DNA of 64,000 bases, taken from contig NC_088854.1 in assembly GCF_963853765.1 (NCBI RefSeq), positions 19,406,001 to 19,470,000 on the forward strand, written 5' to 3'. Shown here in pieces: positions 1-12,000 of this stretch. The position numbers were made by a program, and so were the translations under genes. Under the pieces are notes generated by a model. The model was not told where the DNA came from, made no database searches, and was given only the letters and a program-made list of their open reading frames with translations. The stretch is from Magallana gigas. Its lineage: Eukaryota. How positions within the stretch are numbered: the stretch's first letter is position 1; each line of letters opens with the position of its first letter.

Positions 1-122
1 ATTATCGCTCGCCCTCTCGTATCCTTTATCACAGAATGTCCAATGAACAAGAAATTACAGTGGCGTGGGCAATATTGATTAAATAATTTTAGTATATAAA
101 TTTAAAGATTGACACACATTAC

Positions 123-577
123 CATCAGCTAAGCTATCGATGTGTTGGCGAAGCTCAACTTGACTCTCTCTGTAAAAAAAATCAACAACCTGTACATGTA
201 CATGTATATGCAGATCAATAAAAAATTCATATCAATCTTATTTCAAAGCTGTTTCATAATGGTAGATTTGTTCTTTTTTACTATTGTTTAGGGGAAAGTT
301 TAGTGTGGTAAAATCTGGAAGTTTCATTATCAGCTTACACGAAAGACAATGTCTTAGCATTAGCATGATAATAAATACAAAGAAAGATGTTGATGCATGT
401 GTAGCCCCGCCCCCTTTTTAGGTTACATTCAGAATGAATAACAGAACAATGTGAATACCGGACTGTTCGGACTCTGTCATCAATTTCTTCTACAGATGGT
501 TTCAGCAAATCAATTAGACCCTCAGTTAAAGCATCCCTCGTTTTAGTGTCCAAAGGTTTCTCACTCTCGGCAGCCAT
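123..577 (-). CDS. SNAPIN: SNARE-associated protein Snapin (BLOC-1 subunit 7), 5' part; coding exons 577-459 and 169-123, rest lies beyond the left edge
   Basis: GT-AG splicing gives MAAESEKPLDTKTRDALTEGLIDLLKPSVEEIDDRVRTVR-ESQVELRQHIDSLAD. This matches, from recall, the Snapin N-terminal pattern RDLFAEGLLEFLRPAVQQLDSHVHAVRESQVELREQIDNLA. Exon phases are consistent (CG|A). Confidence 0.9.
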
Positions 578-895
578 TATATTTTTTCTCTGTACATCGA
601 TCCCGATCGTTATTTCTATTAATAGGCATGGGAACTTTCATGGTTAATTTTAGATTTTCTAGTTACAATTTTTTTTTTTATTTATAGGAACACTCCCATT
701 AGCAAGTTAATTTTAGAACCCAGTCATTGCTAGGAAAAGATTAAGGGAGTTTCATCAAATGTGCATAGATGAAACAGTAAGGTAAATCTGTTGTACATAT
801 GTGAGAGTATGGGGCTGTTGTTTTTTTGTTTTTTAATCATCAGCAGACCATCATAAAACATTACATGTTTATTTTTTACTCAATCATACCCAATC

Positions 896-898
<3 letters not shown>

Positions 899-943
<45 letters not shown>
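899..943. repeat. (CT)n microsatellite
   Basis: About 22 uninterrupted CT units. Confidence 0.98.
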
Positions 944-945
<2 letters not shown>

Positions 946-1002
946 GTATACATGTATAATTGTAGAGAACTGTAATTCGATCAAATCGATTATATGTATA
1001 TC

Positions 1003-1126
1003 AGTCCGAAATATCTGACGTTTTCCTGGCTTTTTTTACGATTTTGATATTTTACATGCCAGGAAGTAGTAAAATATCAAAATCTTTAATAAAGCAAGGA
1101 AAACGTCAGATATTTAAATTCGGACT
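1003..1126. repeat. Imperfect inverted repeat (fold-back, MITE-like) upstream of the TRAF start codon
   Basis: Left arm agtccgaaatatctgacgttttcctggc...attttgatattttac (1003-1055) pairs with right arm gtaaaatatcaaaatc...aggaaaacgtcagatatttaaattcggact (1069-1126). Confidence 0.85.
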
Positions 1127-1192
1127 CGCAATATTATAGATGTGAATTTAAAAAAACCTGTAGATACACTTCCTCGTTTCAGTTACTCCAAA

Positions 1193-4100
1193 ATGTCGGA
1201 AGTTGGACTGCCAGTGGGAGGATATCCAACTGAGATATTTAAAAAAGGGTTTGATTTAAAAGTTTTGTGCAACGCATGCAATAGAGTTCTACGAGACCCA
1301 GTCCAGAGCTACTGTGGACACAGGTTTTGCAGAGAGTGTATTTCAGCCATAATAAGGTGAGGGTATATATAGTTTGAAAAACCCAAATGTGCCTGATGGC
1401 AGGACCCCCTCTCTCCACTTCCATCCACCCCAAAGATTTAGACCTCCAGAGCATGTGCACACCTAGTCCCTTTCCAAATAACTGAACTAATAGATATATA
1501 TGTAAACCCAACCACCCCATACCCCCCCCCCCCCCCTGCGTATAAAAATGCAGGTTGGGGATAATTTTACATATTAAATCATTTTTTGGGGGTTAATTTT
1601 TAAAGGAATTTCTATACCAAACGGAGATTAAAACTATCCCGGGGGTAGAATTAGGGGTAGGGGTTATGGAGGGGTTCTGTCCACAAATAACCATAACTAT
1701 TAATTGTATGGATACAAAATTAATGTATTTATATTTTGTTATTTTGGATTCAGTTATTATCTTCTATATGTTCATATATTTATTCTTCTTTTGCACTCTT
1801 TAACGATCTATTCAAGTATGAAATTATTTATTCAGCTCTGGTAGCCAGGTTCAATGCAATTCATGTATAGAGGAGGGTGTGGACAATGAAGACTACAGTA
1901 TAATCAGGAAAGAACAGGTATACAACAAACAAACAATGAATATCATTATGTACAGGACTCCCGAATTTCAACTATGATATATATTTATTTTATATATTTT
2001 AAAAAAAATGAACTAAACATAGCTACAATATATGTATAGTATACGAACCGCAAAATTTTTCTCTCTTAAAATAAGTGTTGACAAAAAATTTTGCTGATAA
2101 AATTTAATATAGATTCACATCTTAAAACTATGTAATTTACATTTGTTAACTATGATTAAGAGTTGTTAATCATTCGTTTCACATGCAAATGGTTGTTTTT
2201 AGTGTTAAATATAGTCATAAATAGATAATCACGTTCACTATGGTTTACAGACGTGAAATATAATATATGTATATATTTTCTGTCAGTAAATAACAGTTTA
2301 CAACCGATAAACCTAGCTTATCGACTGTAAAACTATGTTTAGCTCCTTTTTGTGAATTTGGCGCTCCAAATGTCAATTTGATATACGTAGGTCAAAAGTA
2401 AATACGTCATTCAAGAATATCCAAACTGGTCCAAGTAGTGTTCGAAGACAACAAAGAAACAGGCATAATGAATTAGAGTTTATGATATTGATTCTAGATC
2501 CACGGAAAGTTGTGTTTGACGTTGATCCGACAATCTCAAGAACTGGTCCTCTTTTTAATTACAGAAATTATAAAAACGGAATATATTACTATATAAATTG
2601 TCTTTCCAAATTCCCTAAAATAGCAACACCGCTTTTGTTACAGCTTTTCCCTGACAATGCACTACGTAGGGAAATGTTCAGTATGGAATCCAACTGTTCC
2701 AATCTGGGTTGTCCATGGACCGGGAAATTTCGTGATTTCGAGGTATCGTGTCTTTATTCATCAAGTTCAAGCTTAGGTTATTACAGAAAAAAATCGAATT
2801 AATTCCATATCGTTTTTATAATTCCAATAGCTTAAAGCAAAATTGGGTCCAAAGTATGATTGTATTCGATGTTATTTGGAAAGCCCTTTATACATATATC
2901 AAACATGGAATGTATTATTTGTTTTTCACTTCTACTCCTTGTTAAAATTTCATTTGGTATAAATATATATCAACCATTTCATGTTTTGAGATATTGATTA
3001 AGCTTAACTAAGAAATGTACGGTGCTTCAGCTAGGCCATGTCTCATAAGATGAAGAACTACTAACCGAAGTTTTTGAAAGCAAAGAAAATATGCCGCTTA
3101 ATTGTCAAACTGATAAATACCGTATTACATAACAAATAGAAATAATTATCCCGGTGGTGATTACGGGCTACTTGTTGTATTTTTCTACCTTGCAATTCAA
3201 ACATAAATCAAATAACCCAAGACATCAAGAGATCTCTAATTTGCCAATTGTTGAATATGAATTTTAGACGACCAATTAGATTTTAAATTGTAAGATTGAT
3301 GAGTATAAATGTATTTTTAATTGTTGGTCTTTTGTATGAAATAAACCAAAACTGTTACTATTTTCAAGAAACACGTGAAGGACTGTAAGTTCCGTCCTAT
3401 ACCGTGTCCAAACTGTGGGGAATCAGTAGAAGTAAGCAGAGTGAAAAGTCACGCAGAGAAAGACTGTCCCAAGCGACCGGTGACGTGCAAATACTGCTCC
3501 ACAAGTACCAGTCAAGACCAACTGGAGGTAGCTATAGACTAAAAACGGAAGCTGTTTATAAAAATAAGAATTTTAAGGATATTGTAAGAAAAGAGTGAAA
3601 TCTTTATATGACAACTGAAGGGCACTTGCTATAAACGCACCCTAATGAGAAATCGGAAATACACACATAGATATTTTATCATATACTGGTAAAATGATTT
3701 GAATTTTTTGTCATAGTCATAAAAGAATTTAGCAATATTTTATGATACTTTATAAAAAAAAACCTCTAACGCAGTATAGGATAGAGTCATGTAAATAAAT
3801 ATTAACAAAAATGCCAACGAAATCTGTATATATATAGTTTAGAGATTCGATTTTTTAAAATATCTGTTCAAAATCAGTAGGAAATGAAATGAAAATGAAT
3901 TATTGCATCAATAATGTTCCTTAATTTAAAATATTGTTTATTATATCCCTATCTCACAAGTTTCTTTCTATTCGCAGGAACATAACAAAGAATGTCCAAA
4001 ATATCCAATGAATTGCGAGAGCTGCGGCAAAAAGAAAATTCAACGAGACAAGGTAGCCATTAAAGTACATATGTATAGCAAGACAGAAAATAAACGATAG

Positions 4101-5478
4101 GGTATCTCACTGAATCCTAAAACTTTTGAAAAATAACCTGCAATAACACATATATTTTACAAAAATCAATTGTTTACAGTTTCAGGAACATGTAGATTCC
4201 GAGTGTCCAAATAAAAAAGTGAAGTGCATTGCAGGATGTGAAGCGGTAGGTTTGTCGACACATACAAAACTTGTGTTTGTTTATTGAATTCTTATAGTAA
4301 AATTCTTTCAGATAACTTATTATATATGTTATATATATTGACAGTGTTTTCATTAAAATGTAGGTCGAAAGACGTCGATTTATTTCTCACATTGAGGAAA
4401 AGCCTGGCTTTCACATTGAAAAGATGATGGACCAATTGAGAGAACTAACGAACTCTATTACCGGAGAAAAATTGCGGCATTTGGGTGAGGATGTTGAACA
4501 ATTGAAGCAAACAATGTCCCTCAGTAACGGTAGGCAACAAAATGGAGCGAGCGGCACCAACGGGTTGCCTAGCTACGATGAGGCACAATCAGCGGAAGGA
4601 GCTGGAATCAACACTGACGCCAAGAAATTCGCAGCGGTCGAAATCAAAGTGGGGACATTCGAAGGAATCGTAACAACCCTACACCGTGAGATCGAGCGGG
4701 TTCTCAATGTTCTGGATGACCGTCAAAAAGACATGGAAATTATAAAGAGAGACTGCGAAGAAAAAGCAAAGAAAATTGAGGAGCTGGAGAGAAAACTGGC
4801 CTACAGCGAGGTACAAGTGACACAACTGTCCCAAAACGTTCTCTCTAAGGATAATTGTTCCTTCAATGGCGAACTGGTATGGCGTATTGAAAACTGGAGC
4901 GAAGTACGGGCGAAAGCTGTGGCGGGAACAGTTACTAGTTTATTCTCCCCGCCATTTTACACGTCTAAATATGGCTACAAGATGTGTGTCAGGTATGTCT
5001 CGGAAATGATCGATTCAAAAGATCGCATACCTGCTAGAATATCATTAAATTGCAATGTTTCACAGAAACGTTGTTTATTGGTCTTTATCATTATTTTCCC
5101 TCGTTTTGGAATTTTATTCATTGCCATTTTTTCTTTCTTTACCACAGGTTATACCCAAATGGTGATGGCATGGGCAAAAACACACATATTTCCATATTCT
5201 TCGCCATTTTGAGGGGTGACTACGATGCAATTTTGACATGGCCCTTTTCTAAGAGAGTCATCTTTACAGTTTTCGATCAAAGCGGCGGGGCTCCTGTCAG
5301 GGATTCGTTTCGAACAGACCCCAACAGTTCGTCATTCAAACGGCCGACAACAGACATGAACATAGCTAGCGGGTGTCCCCTATTTCTACCGCTGTCCCGT
5401 TTACAAGGAAACGGTGGTTTCGTGAAGGACAATGTTATGTTTATCAAAACGCAGGTGGAAGATGTTCCAGGTCAATGA
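1193..5478 (+). CDS. TRAF: TNF receptor-associated factor, TRAF2/TRAF3-like (RING, five zinc fingers, coiled coil, MATH); exons 1193-1356, 1836-1917, 2644-2742, 3369-3527, 3978-4052, 4180-4245, 4364-4992, 5148-5478; 534 aa
   Basis: All introns are GT-AG and the exons total 1605 nt in one open frame. RING CNAC...CGHRFCREC...CNSC, LFPDNALRRE motif, Cys/His TRAF zinc fingers, and MATH motifs SLFSPPFYTSKYGYKMC, LYPNGDGMG and SSSFKRPTTDMNIASGCPLF. Orthology to TRAF2 versus TRAF3 cannot be resolved by eye. Confidence 0.95.
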
Positions 5479-5524
5479 AGATATTTTCCTTCACCAGGCC
5501 AATGAAGATATTTTCTGTCACCAG
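5467..5524 (+). repeat. 27-bp tandem duplication spanning the TRAF stop codon
   Basis: ccaggtcaatgaagatattttccttca / ccaggccaatgaagatattttctgtca / ccag. Confidence 0.85.
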
Positions 5525-6559
5525 ATAGTGATTGCCTGTTCTCATGTAAAGTATACACTGTAAGAATATTCATAAAATGAATGACAACAGGAGGATACTG
5601 TAGTCGTCCGAAATTCACGTCCATTCTCGCATCAAAGTCGTGGGTTTCCGACAATTGTTTACAAGTGCGCGCTTTGTGTAAGTTACGAGTCCTGTAAGAC
5701 AGAACTCTTAGGTTTGAGAAGGGAATTATTTTCCCCATTTACTTGACTTTAGTGTGCAATGATTTAACTTTTTTTTTTTAATTAGGGGTGGATGGGTAGA
5801 TGGTTACATTTTTGATTAGTCAAACAAAACTGTGGTTTAATTAAAACTGGTTTGGCCCAAGGAATAGAGTGGCATTTGGTGAATATGCATTGAAAAAATA
5901 TTCTTTTGATTTGCAAAATTACAAAAAACAAGAAACGAATCAACAAATGAGTTTAATTTGTAAGCATGTGAGCAAAATATATTGAATCTATAAAGATATT
6001 TATAATCATATTGATGTTTAATAAGTCGAAGCTAAATTATTTTAGCGTCTTTTGTGAAACGATATTGTTACTTCATGTATGCAAAAAATTAAATAACAAT
6101 ATTGAATGTCCATTGTACATTGCAAGTCTATAGCAAATTTTGACATATTGATAAATATTTATGTGAAGTATTTTTTTATGTTTACAATTTTTTTCCGTAT
6201 GTAAATGAAAATGATATCTTTACGTAGATTGATTGAAACATTTTCTTTTTCTTTTTTTTAAGTCTGTGATATGCATTGTTTTATGCCCTAACAGTTCTGC
6301 AACTCTTCAAAAACTTTCTTACAGCATGTATGTACAGTCTTTACAGTATAAAAATGCAATGCCGAAGACATGTATATCTTTATATATATTTTACAGTGAC
6401 TTATAGGTCCAATAGGCCAGATGTTTAGTTATATTTGATTCAAACCATATTAATTTGTTATACAATAACGCATGTAATTATAATAAATGATCTTCTTACT
6501 CTCCATTTAAACAGTTTGAATGAAAAGTTATTTGTAACCCGTGTCCTTGTAATAAATGA

Positions 6560-7120
6560 TTTATTTATGGTTTAAATAGTTTTAATATTTACAACCACAT
6601 TTTTAGCTATTCCTCTATAATTTTCCCCCGGTTCCTTTATGCACAAAAAAGTAACGAATTCATGTAGGATAAAGAACAGAGAAAGAAAATAAGAAGTCAA
6701 AACAAAGAACAAAAAAAACAACCCAAAAAATGGAGAAAAAAATAATAACACAAAAATTGGGATCATAAAAACAATTGAAAATAAGAAAAAATGTAATGAT
6801 AGTGAATATTTTATATGAAGTATATAATAAAAATAAGAGGTATAAGATATTGAGTGCACGTATATTTATACTGAGGTAAAGTTTAGGATGATATAATGCA
6901 AGATTATTAATAACAGGTATTATTTAGAATCTTTTTGTTGACTTGATATATTGTTGAACTGCCTGAAAAATTGAGCAGTTGGTTTTATAGGGAAGTTGTC
7001 TATCCCCGAAAAGTAAAACATGTAATACTTGCTCATGATTGAGATTGTTTAGGTTTATATTATTTTGAATACTGCGAATGAGCAGTGTTCTGTGATTAAT
7101 GTAAGTTAACGTTGGACAAG
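6560..7120 (-). mobile_element. 5'-truncated non-LTR retrotransposon (CR1/L2-like LINE) 3' fragment
   Basis: Minus ORF ends ...HRTLLIRSIQNNINLNNLNHEQVLHVLLFGDRQLPYKTNCSIFQAVQQYIKSTKRF*. This resembles, from recall, the LLFG..L...N..IF.AVQ.YI..TKRF C-terminus of invertebrate CR1/L2-type ORF2. A T-rich 3' UTR-like tract follows. Boundaries are approximate. Confidence 0.6.
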
Positions 7121-9035
7121 CTTCTGTTTTAAGAAACAATTTTGTAAGTTCTCTGATGTTGAGTAAAATAACAACCTGCAAATATGAAGAAACCCCAAAA
7201 GTTATTAACTTTGAATCAGTGCCCCTACCAACATGTATATTAGAATAGCAAGGTAAAAATATCGTAAAGCGGCGAATTCTTTTTGAGATAGGCATAAGCT
7301 TCGGGAGTTGTTTTGACAATAGTCTAATGCGTACACGTAATCATTGCTAAGCTAACCATAAAAAGTAAGTAAAATTTAAATTATTGTTATGTGCATCAGT
7401 ACGTAAGATAGAAGAAACGGCGATTTCCTCTATTGCATATGTATGGAAATTTGAATATGTTGTCATTTCGTAACGTCGGTGGTCTTTTTTAGGTTGCTGA
7501 AAATGAAATAAATTGAATTAATAATAAAAGTAAGCAAAATTTAGATTTTTGTTATGTACATTAGTACGTAAGAATGGAGAAACTGCGATTTCTGTCATTT
7601 CGTGCAGTTGGGAAATTTTTAGGTTGCTGCAATTTTTGTTGATAAACTGGTTATAGAACTGGATCGTATAGATTTCAGTCCTGTCAATTTCTATTGAGAT
7701 ATGAATCACACTTGGCTTTTAAAGATAGATATAGAAGAACATACTCAGTGGAAGTAAATATAAATGTAAAGATATGATCGCAGTTTGAGAAATTTAAAGC
7801 ATACAAGCAAATCGAAATTACATATTCTGAGTATTTTCTTCAGTATTTCCTAGGAAAACTGAGGATTGTTCTAAATTGAAATATATAGTATACTAGTTTA
7901 TTTTTAAATCATCAGGCCAACTGACATTTCCAATTTTATACATGTACAAGTAATGTACAAACCAATAACACGTGTTTTAAATACCTTCGAACACTAGTTG
8001 CATTTACAATTCCATAAACGCACCTGTTGCAAATACAATAACTGTCTAACCATCACTTGCTATTTGCACAACATACATGTAAGTTTCTATATGAGCAACT
8101 ACACCATCTTTCAGTTACAAAATGGATCACGTATTGTTTCATGTTTACTATACACAATTAACATGCCTTAATTTGCTGTGAACAATTAATGTTTTTTATT
8201 GGATTTTTTGTTTGTTTATTTTTTTTTTTGGGGGGGGGGGGTCGGGTCGATTTTTTTCTTTCATTCGAGTAATGCTTGTACATGTATATATGCCAGAAGA
8301 GTAGAAGACGGATTTGAAGCCATTGAAGAATCAAGAGTATGAAACCATGCCAAATATCTTTAAATCTTGTCTTGTAAGCTGTTGGGACCTGTCTTTCGTC
8401 GAAATAAATGAGAATTAAAAAAAACATTTAAAAATTATGTTGATATTTATGTAGATTTTTTCTGCTAACCGGTTAACAAGAAATAATGGCATAAGACGGT
8501 CATTTAGATATAACGTCATTTAGACAACCGGGTTTAATCATTCTGTTGTAAGGTTTTTGTGTTTATGTGGCTCTTGCATATTTCCAGTTGTAAACACTCG
8601 GCGATGATAACGACAAACTAAAATAGTGATTGACTAACTGTTGCCTAAATTTCACAGGTGATAAATTAGTTCTAAGTGAACTAATATTATCTATTAAGCA
8701 AATACATTTGTTACAACGAATGACATTTGCAATATTTATTGAACTATGTTTCATAAGTATGAGATAAGGTTATGATCTTATGTACATTTCACCGATTCAG
8801 TTTGAGTCGGGACATGTATACTAGTACGTACTTTGATATATGATTAATGTGAGGCATTTCGAATTAAAATTATTTTAATTTTTTAATTGACTTGGAATTC
8901 CTTGTATTTTTACTCTCTTAAACTGAAGAGTAAACGTGACATGATTCTTGTTTCTCTCGAGAAACGTGAATTTCTCCTCTTGCTATTCATTCAAAGTTAT
9001 CTCAAAACTTTTAGGCTTTGAATCATCGCAAGAAT

Positions 9036-12000
9036 ATGGCTAGACCAAAAGACAAGTTTCGGAGTCAAACCTTTGGAGATGCATTTCTTGATAAAAGTGA
9101 AAGAGAGCGTTCTCGTCTAAAGTTGACCTTAGCCAAACAGATGCAAAAAGATATTGGAAGGTACATTTGTTTGATAGACAGAGAATAACAAATCTTATGG
9201 TGAATTGTATATTACCATTTGTAGTTTTTGTTAGAAAATACATGTACAATGTTATGGTTCAAACACTTTACCTTTAGAATGTTGGACGAAGAAATACACT
9301 CAGACCTGACAATAGCTGTTGGCAATCGAACAATTCAAGTGCACAGATTTTTCATAAAGACCAGGTAATTTATGATTGATTCTATCACAAAAAAGGTTTT
9401 AGCATTTGATGATGACGTATATTAATTAATATACAGAGGTACAAGAAAAAGAAATGTGAATAATGATTATACATTACACTGAGACTTTAAGTGTATCTCT
9501 ACCTGTTGTTTAACACAAAAAATGTCTATTGAATAAAACCTTCATAGTTGGTTGATCTAAATGTATACCATATTTTATGACCACTGCAAAAATAATGCTT
9601 TTATCACTTATGAATATATTCTTATCAACACTGCATTAGTTTTCTTAATCATTTTATTTATATTTCTTTGGGGGAAAAACAAAGTTCCGAATGTGTTAAT
9701 ATAATAAAAAATTTTAATGAGACATTTTAAAAGAAATAAAATTAGGCAATGTACAATTTCACCTTTTGTAGAAATAGTCATAAAATAAATTGATATTTAC
9801 TGTATAAGTAAGTAATTTATTTTATATTTATTTTATATGTATATATAAATGATTATTATACAATTTTAATAGGACTTTAAGGTTTTACATGTATAATAAT
9901 AAAGGTGATTTAAGCATTAAAAAATAATCAGCATTTACAATATTTTTACCTATTGGGAGTTTTTATACTAAGAAGATGCATATAAATCAGAAAAAAATCC
10001 ACCTAGGTAATCAGAGGATAAAACCAAATATATTCTATCTGTTTCCATATTTTACTTTGTTTACAAGTATTTATTTTTACTTCCAAACATTTATCTTTGA
10101 AAATATATCAATTCTGAAAGTCTTAGTGGTAAAATTATTCAATTTTTAAGAATTTTGCATGAAAAATTTTATTTGAACTTTATTTACCATAATGGCCAAA
10201 CAATCAGGTTTTGCTGAGTACTTGTAAAAAAAATGACAACATGAAAATGATAAAATGCCCCCCCCCCCCCCCAAAAAAAAATGGTTAAAAATGATTAAAA
10301 TTTCCAAAGAATATTCAGCTTTTTAACACATTCATTATTTTCTGGCTCATTTTTGAGAACTTCATTCAATATCTCAAGCTTAATATCATCTGTATGATTT
10401 ATTCAAATAGGTTCATGAACAGGAAAAAAATTATTTATCTACAATACATATACACTTCCTAAAATTAACAATGATCGGTTGATGTGAGTTTTTAAACATT
10501 GCAGAAGTAAAAGAATTTATGAGAGATTTGTGGAATTGGCCAATGCTGAGCCTCAAAGCAAACTACTGACAATGCCATGGTGGCTTGATTATGACACTTT
10601 GATTATACTGTTTCAGTAAGTAAATATGAATATGATTTGAAATTTTAATGTTATTATTCATAATGTATTTTAGAAAAAAAGATCTTCAATTCCTATAAAC
10701 AAAAAATGCATGTACATGTTTTTTTCATTAGAGTTATAGCCCTTAGACTTTGACATACAAGTGTTTTAAAGAAGAACAGTAGATGTATGCATTGAACTGA
10801 TTTCCATTTTTTTGCTCTTTTGCTTTGTATACATGTATATATATATATGACCTACACATGGACATTTGTTGTAATTCACAGATAAAGAATTATTTCATTC
10901 TTTCTGTAGTCAGCTGTACAATGTTAATTCTGTGGATGGAGAGATTGATGAGATAGACATTGCAGCTGGTTACACAATGGTGGACTATCTCCTCTCCCTG
11001 TTGTCTGAGAAGAAGCCAGAGAGTGTGAGGAGAAGAATGATGAGGATCAGAAAGGAAGAAGAGGACATGAATGGGGAGGAGACAACAGACCCATTGGAGG
11101 AGTCAGAAGTCCTCACCAATGGGGTGCAGGATTTGCACAATGAAACTGTCACCAGAGACGAAGAGGTTCAGAACAAAGTGATTCCCCATGTGAATGGTGT
11201 AGAGGAGTGTAATACATTAGCAGAAAAAGTGACATTAGATGGAGAAAATGATATACAAGACAATAGATGTGATAAATACGATTCAGATAACACAGACATT
11301 TTGCAAAAAGTCGGTGAAGAGGACACAAAACTAAGTGATGTTGATGATGTGGTGGAAGAGAATCCCAATCTCTCAGAACTGATCAAAATGTCTTACGACA
11401 TCACCGTCCCGTATAACACCTGCAGTGTTTTAGGGGAGGACCTACTTCGTGGATTTTTACAGGACCTAGATTATGATTGTATTATCACAGTGTCTGATGT
11501 CCATTTCAAAGCTCACAGGTAAAACAAAGACGATATTAAAAAAACACTTCTTTTTGTTGTTATTGAAAATTGGGAATCAAATTCTTTAACAATATTTAGC
11601 TCTATGCATATTGTTTCTTTTTATAAATTTTATATCATTTCGAAAACAAGATATAGAACATTGGAAGTGAATTTTTTTTTTAAGTTTAATTCAATACAAT
11701 GTATTGAAGAATAAACTCTTAAAAGTCAGTGTATGAAGTAAAGGTATAAAACAACCTATGAAATGGGTTACATATATTTTATTAAGAAGAGAGAGGAAGA
11801 ATGTTTTATCTATAACAAAATATTGACTGTGGAGAAGCATTGATTCAATTAGATTTCTATTTTATCATCTTTTCTTCCATAGGTCATTGCTCACTGCCAG
11901 ATCAGCCTACTTTGAAGCTATGTTGTCGGGATCCTGGGTAGAGAGTGATTCTCATGAAATTAAACTTGAAGGGTAAAGCACTTGTAAAATGATTTATTTT

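Noticed and set aside
1239-1520. 93-aa minus ORF in TRAF intron 1 and exon 1
   Set aside because: Antisense overlap with no recognisable motif or splice support.
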